DNA from: Eubacteriales bacterium
GTDB taxonomy: Bacteria > Bacillota > Clostridia > Oscillospirales > CAG-272
Direction of reading: 5' to 3'
Length of the DNA stretch: 45,858 nucleotides
Assembly: GCA_045588595.1 (NCBI GenBank)
Contig: JAZNEM010000113.1
Location: forward strand, 1-45,858
Shown here: positions 17,857-25,389 of the stretch, in pieces
Position numbering within the stretch: position 1 is the first letter of the stretch
Layout: every line of letters begins with the position of its first letter
Program-made: the position numbers and the translations under genes
The notes under the pieces: generated by a model
Seen by the model: the letters and a program-made list of their open reading frames with translations, nothing else
The model's database searches: none
What the model was told of the DNA's origin: nothing

Positions 17857-18129
17857 GGGGACGCGTTCGAGAACAATCTTTTCAAGAAAGTTCTCGAGCT
17901 CTCAAAGAACTTCACCCAAAAAGTCTTATACGTAGCCGATTTGTTTTGCTTTAATTTAATGAAACGGACAGTCGAGGTGATATGCACCCCAAAAGGGTCT
18001 AACTTTTGGGGTGCATATCACTTCGACTGTCCTAAAATTATTAAGTCCCTCAAACGGTTATTTATAATAACCACTGTTTTGCTTACTTTTTCTTTCGCGA
18101 AAGAAAAAGTAAGCGCGTCCCCCGCGTCC
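17857..18129 (+). repeat. full-length mosaic palindromic repeat element (copy A)
   Basis: Fills the gap between the rsgI TAA (17854-17856) and the TTA stop (18130-18132) of the convergent gene. Termini GGGGACGCG / CGCGTCCCC(CGCGTCC). Hairpins at 17867-17897, 17966-18032 (about 30-bp stem), 18056-18072 and 18081-18114 (17-bp perfect palindrome). Colinear with 33083-33381. Confidence 0.85.
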
Positions 18130-18537
18130 TTATCTACCTACACTAAATCGATTTTTACAGCGAGGGCAGATAACATTATGCTTGCCTTTAGCTTTAGGGA
18201 GTCGCAGGACTGCTTTACAATGGGGGCATTTTCTGTAAATGTGAGTTTTTCTGTCGCGGAACTTATTACGGCGGAGCTTAAAGAATCCGCAGAATTTCTC
18301 ATTTTCGCGTCTGCGTTTTTGTATGTTTCTTGATAGCATACGGAAGAAAATAATGTATATAAGCGTAACAGAGAAAGCAAAATAGAAAAAGCTGAACCAA
18401 ACGGAGTCTACAAACAGAGAAAGCACACTATAAACGACAACCGCGACGGTGTAGGTGATAATTAGCGTTTTATTTAGCGTATCCGAGCCGTATCGACCAT
18501 ACATAAAGCGATACAATTTATTTTTTAATTTACCCAT
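18130..18537 (-). CDS. zinc-ribbon membrane protein
   Basis: 135 aa. Two hydrophobic helices, then a basic linker and CPHC...(17 aa)...CPRC zinc-ribbon motif. Lies 52 nt downstream of the ABC gene on the same strand. Confidence 0.65.
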   Translation of the reverse strand: MGKLKNKLYRFMYGRYGSDTLNKTLIITYTVAVVVYSVLSLFVDSVWFSFFYFAFSVTLIYIIFFRMLSRNIQKRRRENEKFCGFFKLRRNKFRDRKTHIYRKCPHCKAVLRLPKAKGKHNVICPRCKNRFSVGR

Positions 18538-18589
18538 TTATACCTTTTTCTATGGGGCTATCGTATTTTGCACGACAGCCCCAATTTTT

Positions 18590-21500
18590 TTATTCTGTTC
18601 TGAGAGCTTCAACGGGGTCTTTCCTTGATGCCTTCTTTGAAGGAATGAGACCGGCGATGATCGTGAGTCCCATGCTTATGAGAACGAGGATCAAAGCCGC
18701 AACAGGAGGAAGGACAGCGTTGATATTTTCAAATCCCGTAAGTGCTTGGATTATAGCGTTGACGGGGAGGCAGAGCACAACGGTGGTGAGTATTCCCAGA
18801 ATACCCGCCGCAAGACCGATAATAAAGGTCTCTGCATTGAATACACGGGATATATCCTTCTTCGACGCACCGATAGCGCGGAGGATACCTATCTCCTTTG
18901 TACGCTCAAGCACCGAGATGTTTGTGATGATTCCTATCATTATAGATGAAACTACGAGGGAGATAGAAACGAATGCTATAAGAACGTAAGAGATAACGTC
19001 GATAATGATAGAAACAGAGGACATCATGATGCCGATAAGATCGGTGTATTCGATCTTGTCATCATCGGCAGCGGTGTCATTGTAGTCGGAAATGAACTGT
19101 TCTATATTTTCTTTGGAAGCGAAGTCCTTGGCATAGAAGTTTATCGATGCGGGAGAAGCTTCCTGTGCATCACCAAGCTTTTTGAGAGTGGATTTAAGTG
19201 TTGCATCGGTTTCGGGTGCCATCATGGTCAAAAGTTCGATTATTTCCTCTGTGGTCATATCGATTTCGGAAGCCTTGTCGTTAGCCTCCTCCTGACCTGC
19301 CAAGGATCTTATCCACATTACACAGAAATCTTTGGAAAGCGAGATGTTTCCGAGCGTAGCTTCAAGTGTGGGATAAAATTCGGATACGTTTGTCGAATAC
19401 TGTGCAAGAATACCTATCAGTGTACCGTATTGCTGCTGATCCTGAGCTATACTGGGCAGACAGAATTCAAAATCCTCTCTTGAATCTATTGCGAGAACCC
19501 CACCCTGTGAAAGCGTCTGATGAACTATCATTTTTGCGGTCATAGGGATCGGAACACCGGGGATCGTTATTGGGGTATCGCCTAATTTGTCATACATCGC
19601 AAGCGCAAGGGCTTTTTTATCTGTGTCGTTGAGCAGTGTAGCGTAGGTGATAAACTTTTCGAGCTTCTGGCTCATCTGCTTGCCTTCTTCAAGCTCATTG
19701 CTTGCTGTCTTAAAATCTTCTATAAGCATACCGCCCATCATGGACGATATTTGACTCATGGTATTTGCATCGAACGCCGCAAACAGCTCGTGTACGGTAT
19801 CAACGGTGTATTTCTTGTTTTCAAGCTCGTGGGGAAGACCCGTTGTGATGTTTATAGTGGGATTGGCCTTTTGCTGCTTGAGTATCTCGCTGTTGGCGTT
19901 CATTTCGAGTACAGTGTCCGTAAGCATTTTTGAATAAGCAATGGGGCTTGCTATGGATGTTGCCGTAGCGTCAACGCGAGGACGGATAATTCCCGATATC
20001 TTAAGCTTCATACCGTGTTTGGTTATAAATCCTTCTTCATCGTAATTAGCTTCCTCGCGTACGTCTTTCCAGACGTGGTACTTGTTTCCGTCATCACCCG
20101 TATACTGTTCTTGGTCGTAATCTTTTACAAAGAAATCAGAGGTGTTTACAAGATATAACTCGGAATTGAGGAAGTAATCGAAATCGAACGGATCGATAGG
20201 TTCGTCCTTGTATTCCTTATCGGTCATAAGGGTCTTCATTATATCCTCGAGCTCGCCTTGGTCGAGTATACCGAGCATATAAAGGGTCATACGGCTTATT
20301 TGGTTGTTCTTGTTTACAACGAGTACTATCTCATTTGCTTCCTTCGGCCAAGCACCCGCAACGACGTCGTACTGCTGGTCAAGAAGCTCCTGATTGTCTA
20401 TCATTTCGGTCATGACGTCCATCATTCCCGAAGTGCCTGCAAGCTCGCTGAGTCCTGCGAAGCTGTCGCCCATGTTGTCAAGCATCGTACCAAGACCGAG
20501 CTTTGTTACTCTGTTGTAATCCTTGCCGTCCTTGTCCTTGTCGGGAACGATATTATAGACCTGAAGATTTAAGTCATAGGTGTATTGAATATCATTTACG
20601 TAGGGCTTTAATTTATCAAAATTCGTATCCAGATGAGTTTTGAATTTTTCAAGATTGTTAGTGGTCGTAGAGAGCATGGCATTTACCATTTTGCCCATCG
20701 AATCGTCAACGTAGATCTTGTTAGGGTCTCTTTCCGCGTTTGCGTCTTCTTCGACCTCTGTCATGGCGCTCATCATTGCGTTAAGGTCGCTCGTTTCTTT
20801 CATGATAGAGAGCGGATAGGTCGAAAGCGTATCCTCCTGAACTTGATCGATAAAGAGCTGTATGCCGTTTGAAAGTGCGAGAATAAGCGCGATACCGATA
20901 ATACCTATGCTTCCCGCAAAGGAGGTCATTATAGTTCTTCCTTTTTTGGTCAGCAGGTTTTTGAAGGATAGAGAGACAGCGGTCTTAAAGGACATCGATG
21001 ACTTTTTAGCCTCAGCCTTTTTCGCTTTTTTGTCTTTCTTGTTTTGAATTATCGCTTGCGTATCCTTTTTTATGAGTTGTTCGTATTCCTCGTCGAGAAC
21101 AGGGTCGGAGTCACCTATTACCAAGCCGTCCTGAAGCTTTACTATTCGCGTGGAATACTGCTCGGCAAGCTCGGGGTTATGTGTTACCATGATGACGAGA
21201 CGGTCCTCTGCGACCTCTTTGAGAAGGTCCATTATCTGCACGCTCGTCTGCGTATCAAGTGCTCCCGTAGGCTCGTCGGCAAGAAGTATATCGGGGTCGT
21301 TAACGAGAGCTCTCGCGATAGCGACTCTCTGCATCTGACCGCCCGACATCTGATTTGGCTTTTTGTGAAGCTGGTCGCCAAGACCTACCTTTTCAAGTGC
21401 CTTTATCGCCTTTGCGCGTCTTTCTGCTTTTGAAACGCCCGAGAGAGTGAGCGCAAGCTCAACGTTTGAAAGAACGGTCTGGTGAGGAATCAAGTTGTAG

Positions 21501-21772
21501 CTTTGGAAAACGAAACCTATTGAGTGGTTTCTGTAGGTGTCCCAATCTCTGTCGCGGAAAAGCTTGGTAGATCTTCCGTTGATGATCAGATCTCCCTCGG
21601 AATATCTGTCAAGACCTCCTATGATGTTGAGCATCGTGGTCTTTCCGCAACCCGACGCGCCGAGGATAGACACGAACTCATTTTCCCTGAAGCGCAGGTC
21701 GACTCCGCCAAGAGCCTTGACTTCCATGTCGCCCGTGACATAGGTTTTTACGATGTTTTTTAATTCGAGCAT
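18590..21772 (-). CDS. fused ABC transporter ATP-binding protein / FtsX-family permease (MacB-like) with a very large extracytoplasmic domain
   Basis: Walker A GASGCGKTT, signature MSGGQMQRVAIARAL, Walker B ILLADEPTGALD. One TM near residue 290, roughly 600 residues of non-hydrophobic sequence, then three C-terminal FtsX-type TMs. The track start (21787) is a TTG. The ATG at 21770-21772 (MLELKNIV) follows a GAAAGGG SD. Confidence 0.85.
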   Translation of the reverse strand: MLELKNIVKTYVTGDMEVKALGGVDLRFRENEFVSILGASGCGKTTMLNIIGGLDRYSEGDLIINGRSTKLFRDRDWDTYRNHSIGFVFQSYNLIPHQTVLSNVELALTLSGVSKAERRAKAIKALEKVGLGDQLHKKPNQMSGGQMQRVAIARALVNDPDILLADEPTGALDTQTSVQIMDLLKEVAEDRLVIMVTHNPELAEQYSTRIVKLQDGLVIGDSDPVLDEEYEQLIKKDTQAIIQNKKDKKAKKAEAKKSSMSFKTAVSLSFKNLLTKKGRTIMTSFAGSIGIIGIALILALSNGIQLFIDQVQEDTLSTYPLSIMKETSDLNAMMSAMTEVEEDANAERDPNKIYVDDSMGKMVNAMLSTTTNNLEKFKTHLDTNFDKLKPYVNDIQYTYDLNLQVYNIVPDKDKDGKDYNRVTKLGLGTMLDNMGDSFAGLSELAGTSGMMDVMTEMIDNQELLDQQYDVVAGAWPKEANEIVLVVNKNNQISRMTLYMLGILDQGELEDIMKTLMTDKEYKDEPIDPFDFDYFLNSELYLVNTSDFFVKDYDQEQYTGDDGNKYHVWKDVREEANYDEEGFITKHGMKLKISGIIRPRVDATATSIASPIAYSKMLTDTVLEMNANSEILKQQKANPTINITTGLPHELENKKYTVDTVHELFAAFDANTMSQISSMMGGMLIEDFKTASNELEEGKQMSQKLEKFITYATLLNDTDKKALALAMYDKLGDTPITIPGVPIPMTAKMIVHQTLSQGGVLAIDSREDFEFCLPSIAQDQQQYGTLIGILAQYSTNVSEFYPTLEATLGNISLSKDFCVMWIRSLAGQEEANDKASEIDMTTEEIIELLTMMAPETDATLKSTLKKLGDAQEASPASINFYAKDFASKENIEQFISDYNDTAADDDKIEYTDLIGIMMSSVSIIIDVISYVLIAFVSISLVVSSIMIGIITNISVLERTKEIGILRAIGASKKDISRVFNAETFIIGLAAGILGILTTVVLCLPVNAIIQALTGFENINAVLPPVAALILVLISMGLTIIAGLIPSKKASRKDPVEALRTE

Positions 21773-21991
21773 TGTTATCCCTTTCAAAAAAAAATCAAAA
21801 ATTATGCAGTTTATATTATAAATTATAACATCGTTTTTTTAACATAAAATATATATAAAAGCAAAATTGTGTGAATTTTTGTGACGGCTTTATGAAAATA
21901 TTCACTTTTGGAAGAAAATACACGTAATAAAAAAACTTGACGTGTAAAAAATAATCTTGAACGGTACAAACGTTCAAGGAGGAAAGACACA

Positions 21992-22207
21992 ATGATCATG
22001 GATAGGATAGCCCTTATAATCACTATCATAGGCGCATTGAACTGGGGAAGCATAGGTCTTTTCAAGTTCGATATCGTCGCATGGTTGTGCGGTGGGCAGA
22101 CGGCACTTGTAAGCCGTATCATATACACGGTGGTCGCTTTGGCGGGCATTTGGTGCGTCTCTCTTCTTTTTCGTGCCCGTGAGCGTTTTGAGGCGCTTGA
22201 CGAGTAA
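21992..22207 (+). CDS. DUF378 family small membrane protein
   Basis: 71 aa. IIGALNWGSIGLFKFDIVAWL is the characteristic DUF378 motif. AAGGAGG SD. Confidence 0.8.
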   Translation: MIMDRIALIITIIGALNWGSIGLFKFDIVAWLCGGQTALVSRIIYTVVALAGIWCVSLLFRARERFEALDE

Positions 22208-22500
22208 GAAAAAGAGAAGATGCGCGGAGTAGCGCCTCGGCAACCCGAAGGCGTAGGACTCCTAATCGTTATTTTTGAGAACAAGAAGGGGCTGTCACAT
22301 TTGGCAAGACCGAAAAAAGTCCAAGAGATAAATAAAAAACTCATTATACGCTCAAAAAACGTAAATGAGAGAATAACATGTTGAATTTCTTCGAAATCCT
22401 TCATTTTTATGGACTTTTTTCTACCGTTGTTTTCGGGACTCGACGTACCTTTGTACGCATCACGCCCCGAAGAACGACGCTTCTTGCTCAAATCTGACTA
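22208..22500. other. hairpin-rich non-coding segment (no convincing gene)
   Basis: Hairpin at 22226-22262 (GGAGT..GCGCCTCGG-CAAC-CCGAAGGCG..ACTCC). An 11-bp long-range pairing joins GAAAAAAGTCC (22312-22322) and GGACTTTTTTC (22411-22421), enclosing CTCATTATACG/CGTAAATGAG (22340-22369). Further hairpin TTCGGG...CCCGAA at about 22432-22472. Both large ORFs drawn here are implausible. Confidence 0.5.
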
Positions 22501-22511
22501 TCCCCTAAATT

Positions 22512-22544
22512 AGGGCTGTCTCAAATCCAATTTGAGACAGCCCT
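22512..22544. terminator. bidirectional-looking stem-loop between DUF378 region and rsmA
   Basis: AGGGCTGTCTCAAA-TCCAA-TTTGAGACAGCCCT forms a 14-bp perfect stem. T-rich (TCGCTTTTATTTTT) on the plus strand, weak U-tract on the minus strand. Lies 7 nt from the rsmA stop. Confidence 0.6.
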
Positions 22545-22550
22545 TCGCTT

Positions 22551-23432
22551 TTATTTTTGAAGCTTTTGTATCTTTTCGTATAAAACGTCGGACAAAGCGG
22601 TAAATTCCTCCACCGAGAGCTTTTCTCCGCGTATATTCGGGTCGTGTCCGCAGTCTGTGATCGCAGAGGTTATCTCCTCCTTTGAGAGTTCGGAGAAAAC
22701 AGCGGAGAGGGCGTTCGGCAGAGTTTTTCTTCTTTGCTCAAAAGCGGCACGTACCGTTCTGAAAAAGGTCTTTTCGTCGGAGGGGTTGCAAGGCTTTTCC
22801 TTGAATAGCTTTATGCGTACGACCGAGGAATCGACCTTGGGCGCGGGAATGAAGTTGCCCGCAGATACCTTAAATAGCTTTTCGGGAGAGCCGTAGTAAT
22901 TGAGCACTGCCGTTATAGCTCCGCAGTCCTTTCCGCCGGGGGCAGAGCAGAGACGGTCGGCTACCTCGGATTGAATCATTATTGTGATATAGTCAAAGGG
23001 AAGTCCCGATTCAAGAAGCATCATGAGTATCGGCGTGGTGATATAATAGGGTAGATTTGCGCAGACCGATACCTTGCCCTTTTCAAAATAGGGCGAAAGG
23101 AGAGTCTTGAGGTCGGCTTTCATAACGTCCTCGTTGATAACAGTGACGTTGTTATATTCACCGAGAGTGTATTTGAGCACAGGAATAAGACCGCGGTCTA
23201 TCTCAACGGCAACGACATGGCGGTATCGTTGCGCAAGCTCGCTCGTCAAAGAGCCGATACCCGGACCTATCTCAAGGATAGTGCTGTTTTCGTCGTCACA
23301 GCAATTATCGGCTATATCCTCGACTACCATGTTGTTTGTCAGAAAGTTCTGTCCGAATTCCTTGCGGAAATTTATGCCGAACATAGCCATCGTTTGTTTT
23401 ATGTTGCGAATATCGCAAAGATTCATAGGCAT
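22551..23432 (-). CDS. rsmA: 16S rRNA (adenine1518/1519-N6)-dimethyltransferase
   Basis: FGQNFL, SAM motif EIGPGIGSLT and NLPYYITTPI. The track ORF starts at 23549, but the conserved region begins at MPMNLCDI (ATG at 23430-23432, AAAGGAA SD). Confidence 0.9.
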   Translation of the reverse strand: MPMNLCDIRNIKQTMAMFGINFRKEFGQNFLTNNMVVEDIADNCCDDENSTILEIGPGIGSLTSELAQRYRHVVAVEIDRGLIPVLKYTLGEYNNVTVINEDVMKADLKTLLSPYFEKGKVSVCANLPYYITTPILMMLLESGLPFDYITIMIQSEVADRLCSAPGGKDCGAITAVLNYYGSPEKLFKVSAGNFIPAPKVDSSVVRIKLFKEKPCNPSDEKTFFRTVRAAFEQRRKTLPNALSAVFSELSKEEITSAITDCGHDPNIRGEKLSVEEFTALSDVLYEKIQKLQK

Positions 23433-23542
23433 GTTTATAATTCCTTTTTTATACAGAGTTATATCAATACGATTAATTGTAACATAAAAAGCGTTTAAAA
23501 TCAATAGATAAAGAGGATTTTTGTGTTTTTTCGGAAAAAGTA

Positions 23543-23571
23543 TTGACAAAACCGAGATTTTAGATTATAAT
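23543..23571 (+). promoter_or_regulatory. consensus sigma-A promoter for tRNA-Thr
   Basis: TTGACA (23543-23548), a 17-nt spacer, then TATAAT (23566-23571), 11 nt before the mature tRNA 5' end. Confidence 0.7.
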
Positions 23572-23582
23572 ATCAATGTTGC

Positions 23583-23658
23583 GCTGGTGTAGCACAGTCG
23601 GTAGTGCAGCTGATTCGTAATCAGCAGGTCGTGTGTTCGAGTCACATCACCAGCTCCA
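23583..23658 (+). tRNA. tRNA-Thr (anticodon CGT)
   Basis: 76 nt cloverleaf folded by hand. Acceptor GCTGGTG/CACCAGC, D arm GCAC-AGTCGGTA-GTGC, anticodon arm GCTGA-TTCGTAA-TCAGC, variable AGGTC, T arm GTGTG-TTCGAGT-CACAT, discriminator T, encoded CCA. Confidence 0.9.
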
Positions 23659-23659
23659 G

Positions 23660-23690
23660 AAAAAGCACTTGCGAAAGCAAGTGCTTTTTC
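23660..23690 (+). terminator. intrinsic terminator after tRNA-Thr
   Basis: AAAAAGCACTTGC-GAAA-GCAAGTGCTTTTT forms a 13-bp stem with a T-run. Confidence 0.8.
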
Positions 23691-23716
23691 TTATAATCTA
23701 ACAGGAGAAGCTTGTA

Positions 23717-24898
23717 ATGACCGATAAATATTTCAGAATAAAGGCGGCGTGTTACGTGTCGAATATCGGCGGAGCGGTTATCGGAACGCTTCCACCTATA
23801 TTGTTTATCACGTTTCGCGAGCTTTACGGTATATCCTATACCTTGCTCGGAACGCTTGTGGTGATAAATTTCTTTACGCAGCTTATAATTGACCTTATCT
23901 TTTCCTTCTTTTCGCATAAATTCAATATACCCTTTGCGGTAAGATTAATGCCTGTGTTTTCGGTATTGGGAATGGTCCTATACGCACTCTCTCCAATAAT
24001 TTTTCGGGGTAACGTGTACTTGGGACTTGCACTGGGAACGGTTCTCTTTTCGATCTCTGGAGGCTTTGGCGAAGTGCTGATAAGCCCTATTATAGCGGCG
24101 ATACCCTCGGAAAATCCCGATAGGGAAATGAGCAAGCTTCATTCGATCTTCGCGTGGGGCTGTGTCGGAGTGGCAATATTCTGCACGGTGTTTTTGCTTC
24201 TTGTAGGCGGAAAATATTGGCAGATACTCACGGCTATTCTTACCCTTATGCCGTTTTTATCATTCATACTATATTCCCGCGCGGAATTTCCCGAGCTTGA
24301 AAAGCCCGAACGCGCTTCGGGTATTATTGGGCTTTTCAAGCAAAAGGCTCTTTGGCTATGTGTGCTTTCGATATTCCTCGGCGGTGCGGCGGAGTGTACT
24401 ATGTCACAGTGGTGCTCAAGCTATATTGAAAAGGCTCTCGGAATTCCCAAGATATTCGGAGATATTTTCGGTGTAGCTCTGTTTGCCTTTGCTCTCGGAC
24501 TTGGACGTTCTCTTTACGCTAAATACGGAAAAAATATCGAAAAGATGCTTTTCCTTGGCTCAATAGGAGCAACCTTGTGTTACGGAATAGCCGTGTTTTC
24601 AAACAGTGCCATTGTAGGACTTATTGCTTGCGCGTTTACGGGATTTTGTGTGTCTATGCTTTGGCCGGGAAGCCTTATTGCCGTTGCGGATAGGATACCT
24701 CACGGAAGTGTAGTTATGTATGCCATGATGGCGGCGGGCGGAGACCTTGGCGCATCTGTTGCTCCGCAGCTTGTAGGAATAGCATCTGATGCCGTTGGAA
24801 TAAGATTCGGACTTCTGGCAGGAATGTTTTTTCCGCTTTTCGGAATAGTCGTGAATTTTATTCTTTTAAGACAAAGGAAAAAGCAACTTGAAAAATAA
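23717..24898 (+). CDS. MFS transporter
   Basis: 393 aa, about 12 hydrophobic segments arranged 6+6. AGGAGA SD. Confidence 0.75.
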   Translation: MTDKYFRIKAACYVSNIGGAVIGTLPPILFITFRELYGISYTLLGTLVVINFFTQLIIDLIFSFFSHKFNIPFAVRLMPVFSVLGMVLYALSPIIFRGNVYLGLALGTVLFSISGGFGEVLISPIIAAIPSENPDREMSKLHSIFAWGCVGVAIFCTVFLLLVGGKYWQILTAILTLMPFLSFILYSRAEFPELEKPERASGIIGLFKQKALWLCVLSIFLGGAAECTMSQWCSSYIEKALGIPKIFGDIFGVALFAFALGLGRSLYAKYGKNIEKMLFLGSIGATLCYGIAVFSNSAIVGLIACAFTGFCVSMLWPGSLIAVADRIPHGSVVMYAMMAAGGDLGASVAPQLVGIASDAVGIRFGLLAGMFFPLFGIVVNFILLRQRKKQLEK

Positions 24899-24907
24899 AA
24901 GCGTCAC

Positions 24908-24934
24908 AAAAAAGGCGGAATTTTCCGCCTTTTT
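24908..24934 (+). terminator. intrinsic terminator after the MFS gene
   Basis: AAAAGGCGGAA-TT-TTCCGCCTTTT forms an 11-bp stem with a T-run. Confidence 0.8.
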
Positions 24935-25030
24935 GCGCGAATTAAAGAAATTAAAATTTGAAATTTTAACTATATTTTTTGAATAAAATTGTAAATATTA
25001 TAAATTTATCAAAAAACTTTGCAAATGCTA

Positions 25031-25059
25031 TTGACTTTAGCACTTTAATGTGCTAAAAT
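25031..25059 (+). promoter_or_regulatory. his operon promoter with a palindromic operator in the spacer
   Basis: TTGACT (25031-25036), a 17-nt spacer, then TAAAAT (25054-25059). The spacer holds the perfect inverted repeat TAGCAC-TTTAAT-GTGCTA (25038-25055). Confidence 0.6.
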
Positions 25060-25092
25060 ATAGTGCAAATAAAGTAAAGGAGTGCTTAATTT

Positions 25093-25389
25093 ATGGAAAA
25101 GCATTATTCCGAGGCAGAGATCAAACTTTTTGAGGCAGTAACTAGTTTAAATACGGTAGAAGAATGTGCCGCGTTTTTTGAGGATATATGTACTATAAAG
25201 GAGCTTCAAGATATCTCACAGAGACTTGAGGTAGCCGAAATGCTTAATAACGGCAAAAATTATCAGGAGATATCAAAGGAAACGGGTGCAAGCACGGCGA
25301 CCATCTGCCGAGTAAATAAATGTCTTGTATACGGAAGCGGGGGATATCGCTCGGTTCTTGGCAATACACAAAAGGAGGAAACAAAATGA
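25093..25389 (+). CDS. yerC: TrpR-like YerC/YecD family DNA-binding protein (candidate histidine regulator)
   Basis: 98 aa. FEDICTIKELQDISQRLEVAEMLNNGKNYQEISKETGASTATICRVNKCL is the YerC/YecD pattern. The stop overlaps the hisZ ATG (ATGA). Confidence 0.8.
   Translation: MEKHYSEAEIKLFEAVTSLNTVEECAAFFEDICTIKELQDISQRLEVAEMLNNGKNYQEISKETGASTATICRVNKCLVYGSGGYRSVLGNTQKEETK

Noticed and set aside
17941-18333. 130-aa plus-strand ORF (MFCFNLMKRTVEVICTPKGSNFWGAYHFDCP...) and the analogous 98-aa minus-strand ORF at 33075-33371
   Set aside because: Both are translations of the palindromic repeat elements. The mirrored peptide segments simply reflect the DNA hairpins. The first also overlaps the convergent zinc-ribbon gene.
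21956-21978. 8-bp hairpin CTTGAACG-GTACAAA-CGTTCAAG overlapping the DUF378 Shine-Dalgarno sequence
   Set aside because: It could sequester the first bases of AAGGAGG. It is short and has no recognisable riboswitch or thermosensor context, and I could not place a convincing promoter upstream. Too weak to claim.
21823-22491. 222-aa minus-strand ORF
   Set aside because: It runs antisense through the DUF378 gene and its promoter, and through the hairpin-rich spacer. Serine/arginine-rich low-complexity composition with no SD.
24936-25092. Search for a histidine T-box or leader-peptide attenuator upstream of the his operon
   Set aside because: There is no GGUGGUACCGCG-like core, no Stem I motifs and no His-codon-rich mini-ORF. 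The region holds only an AT-rich stretch, a promoter and the palindrome reported above.
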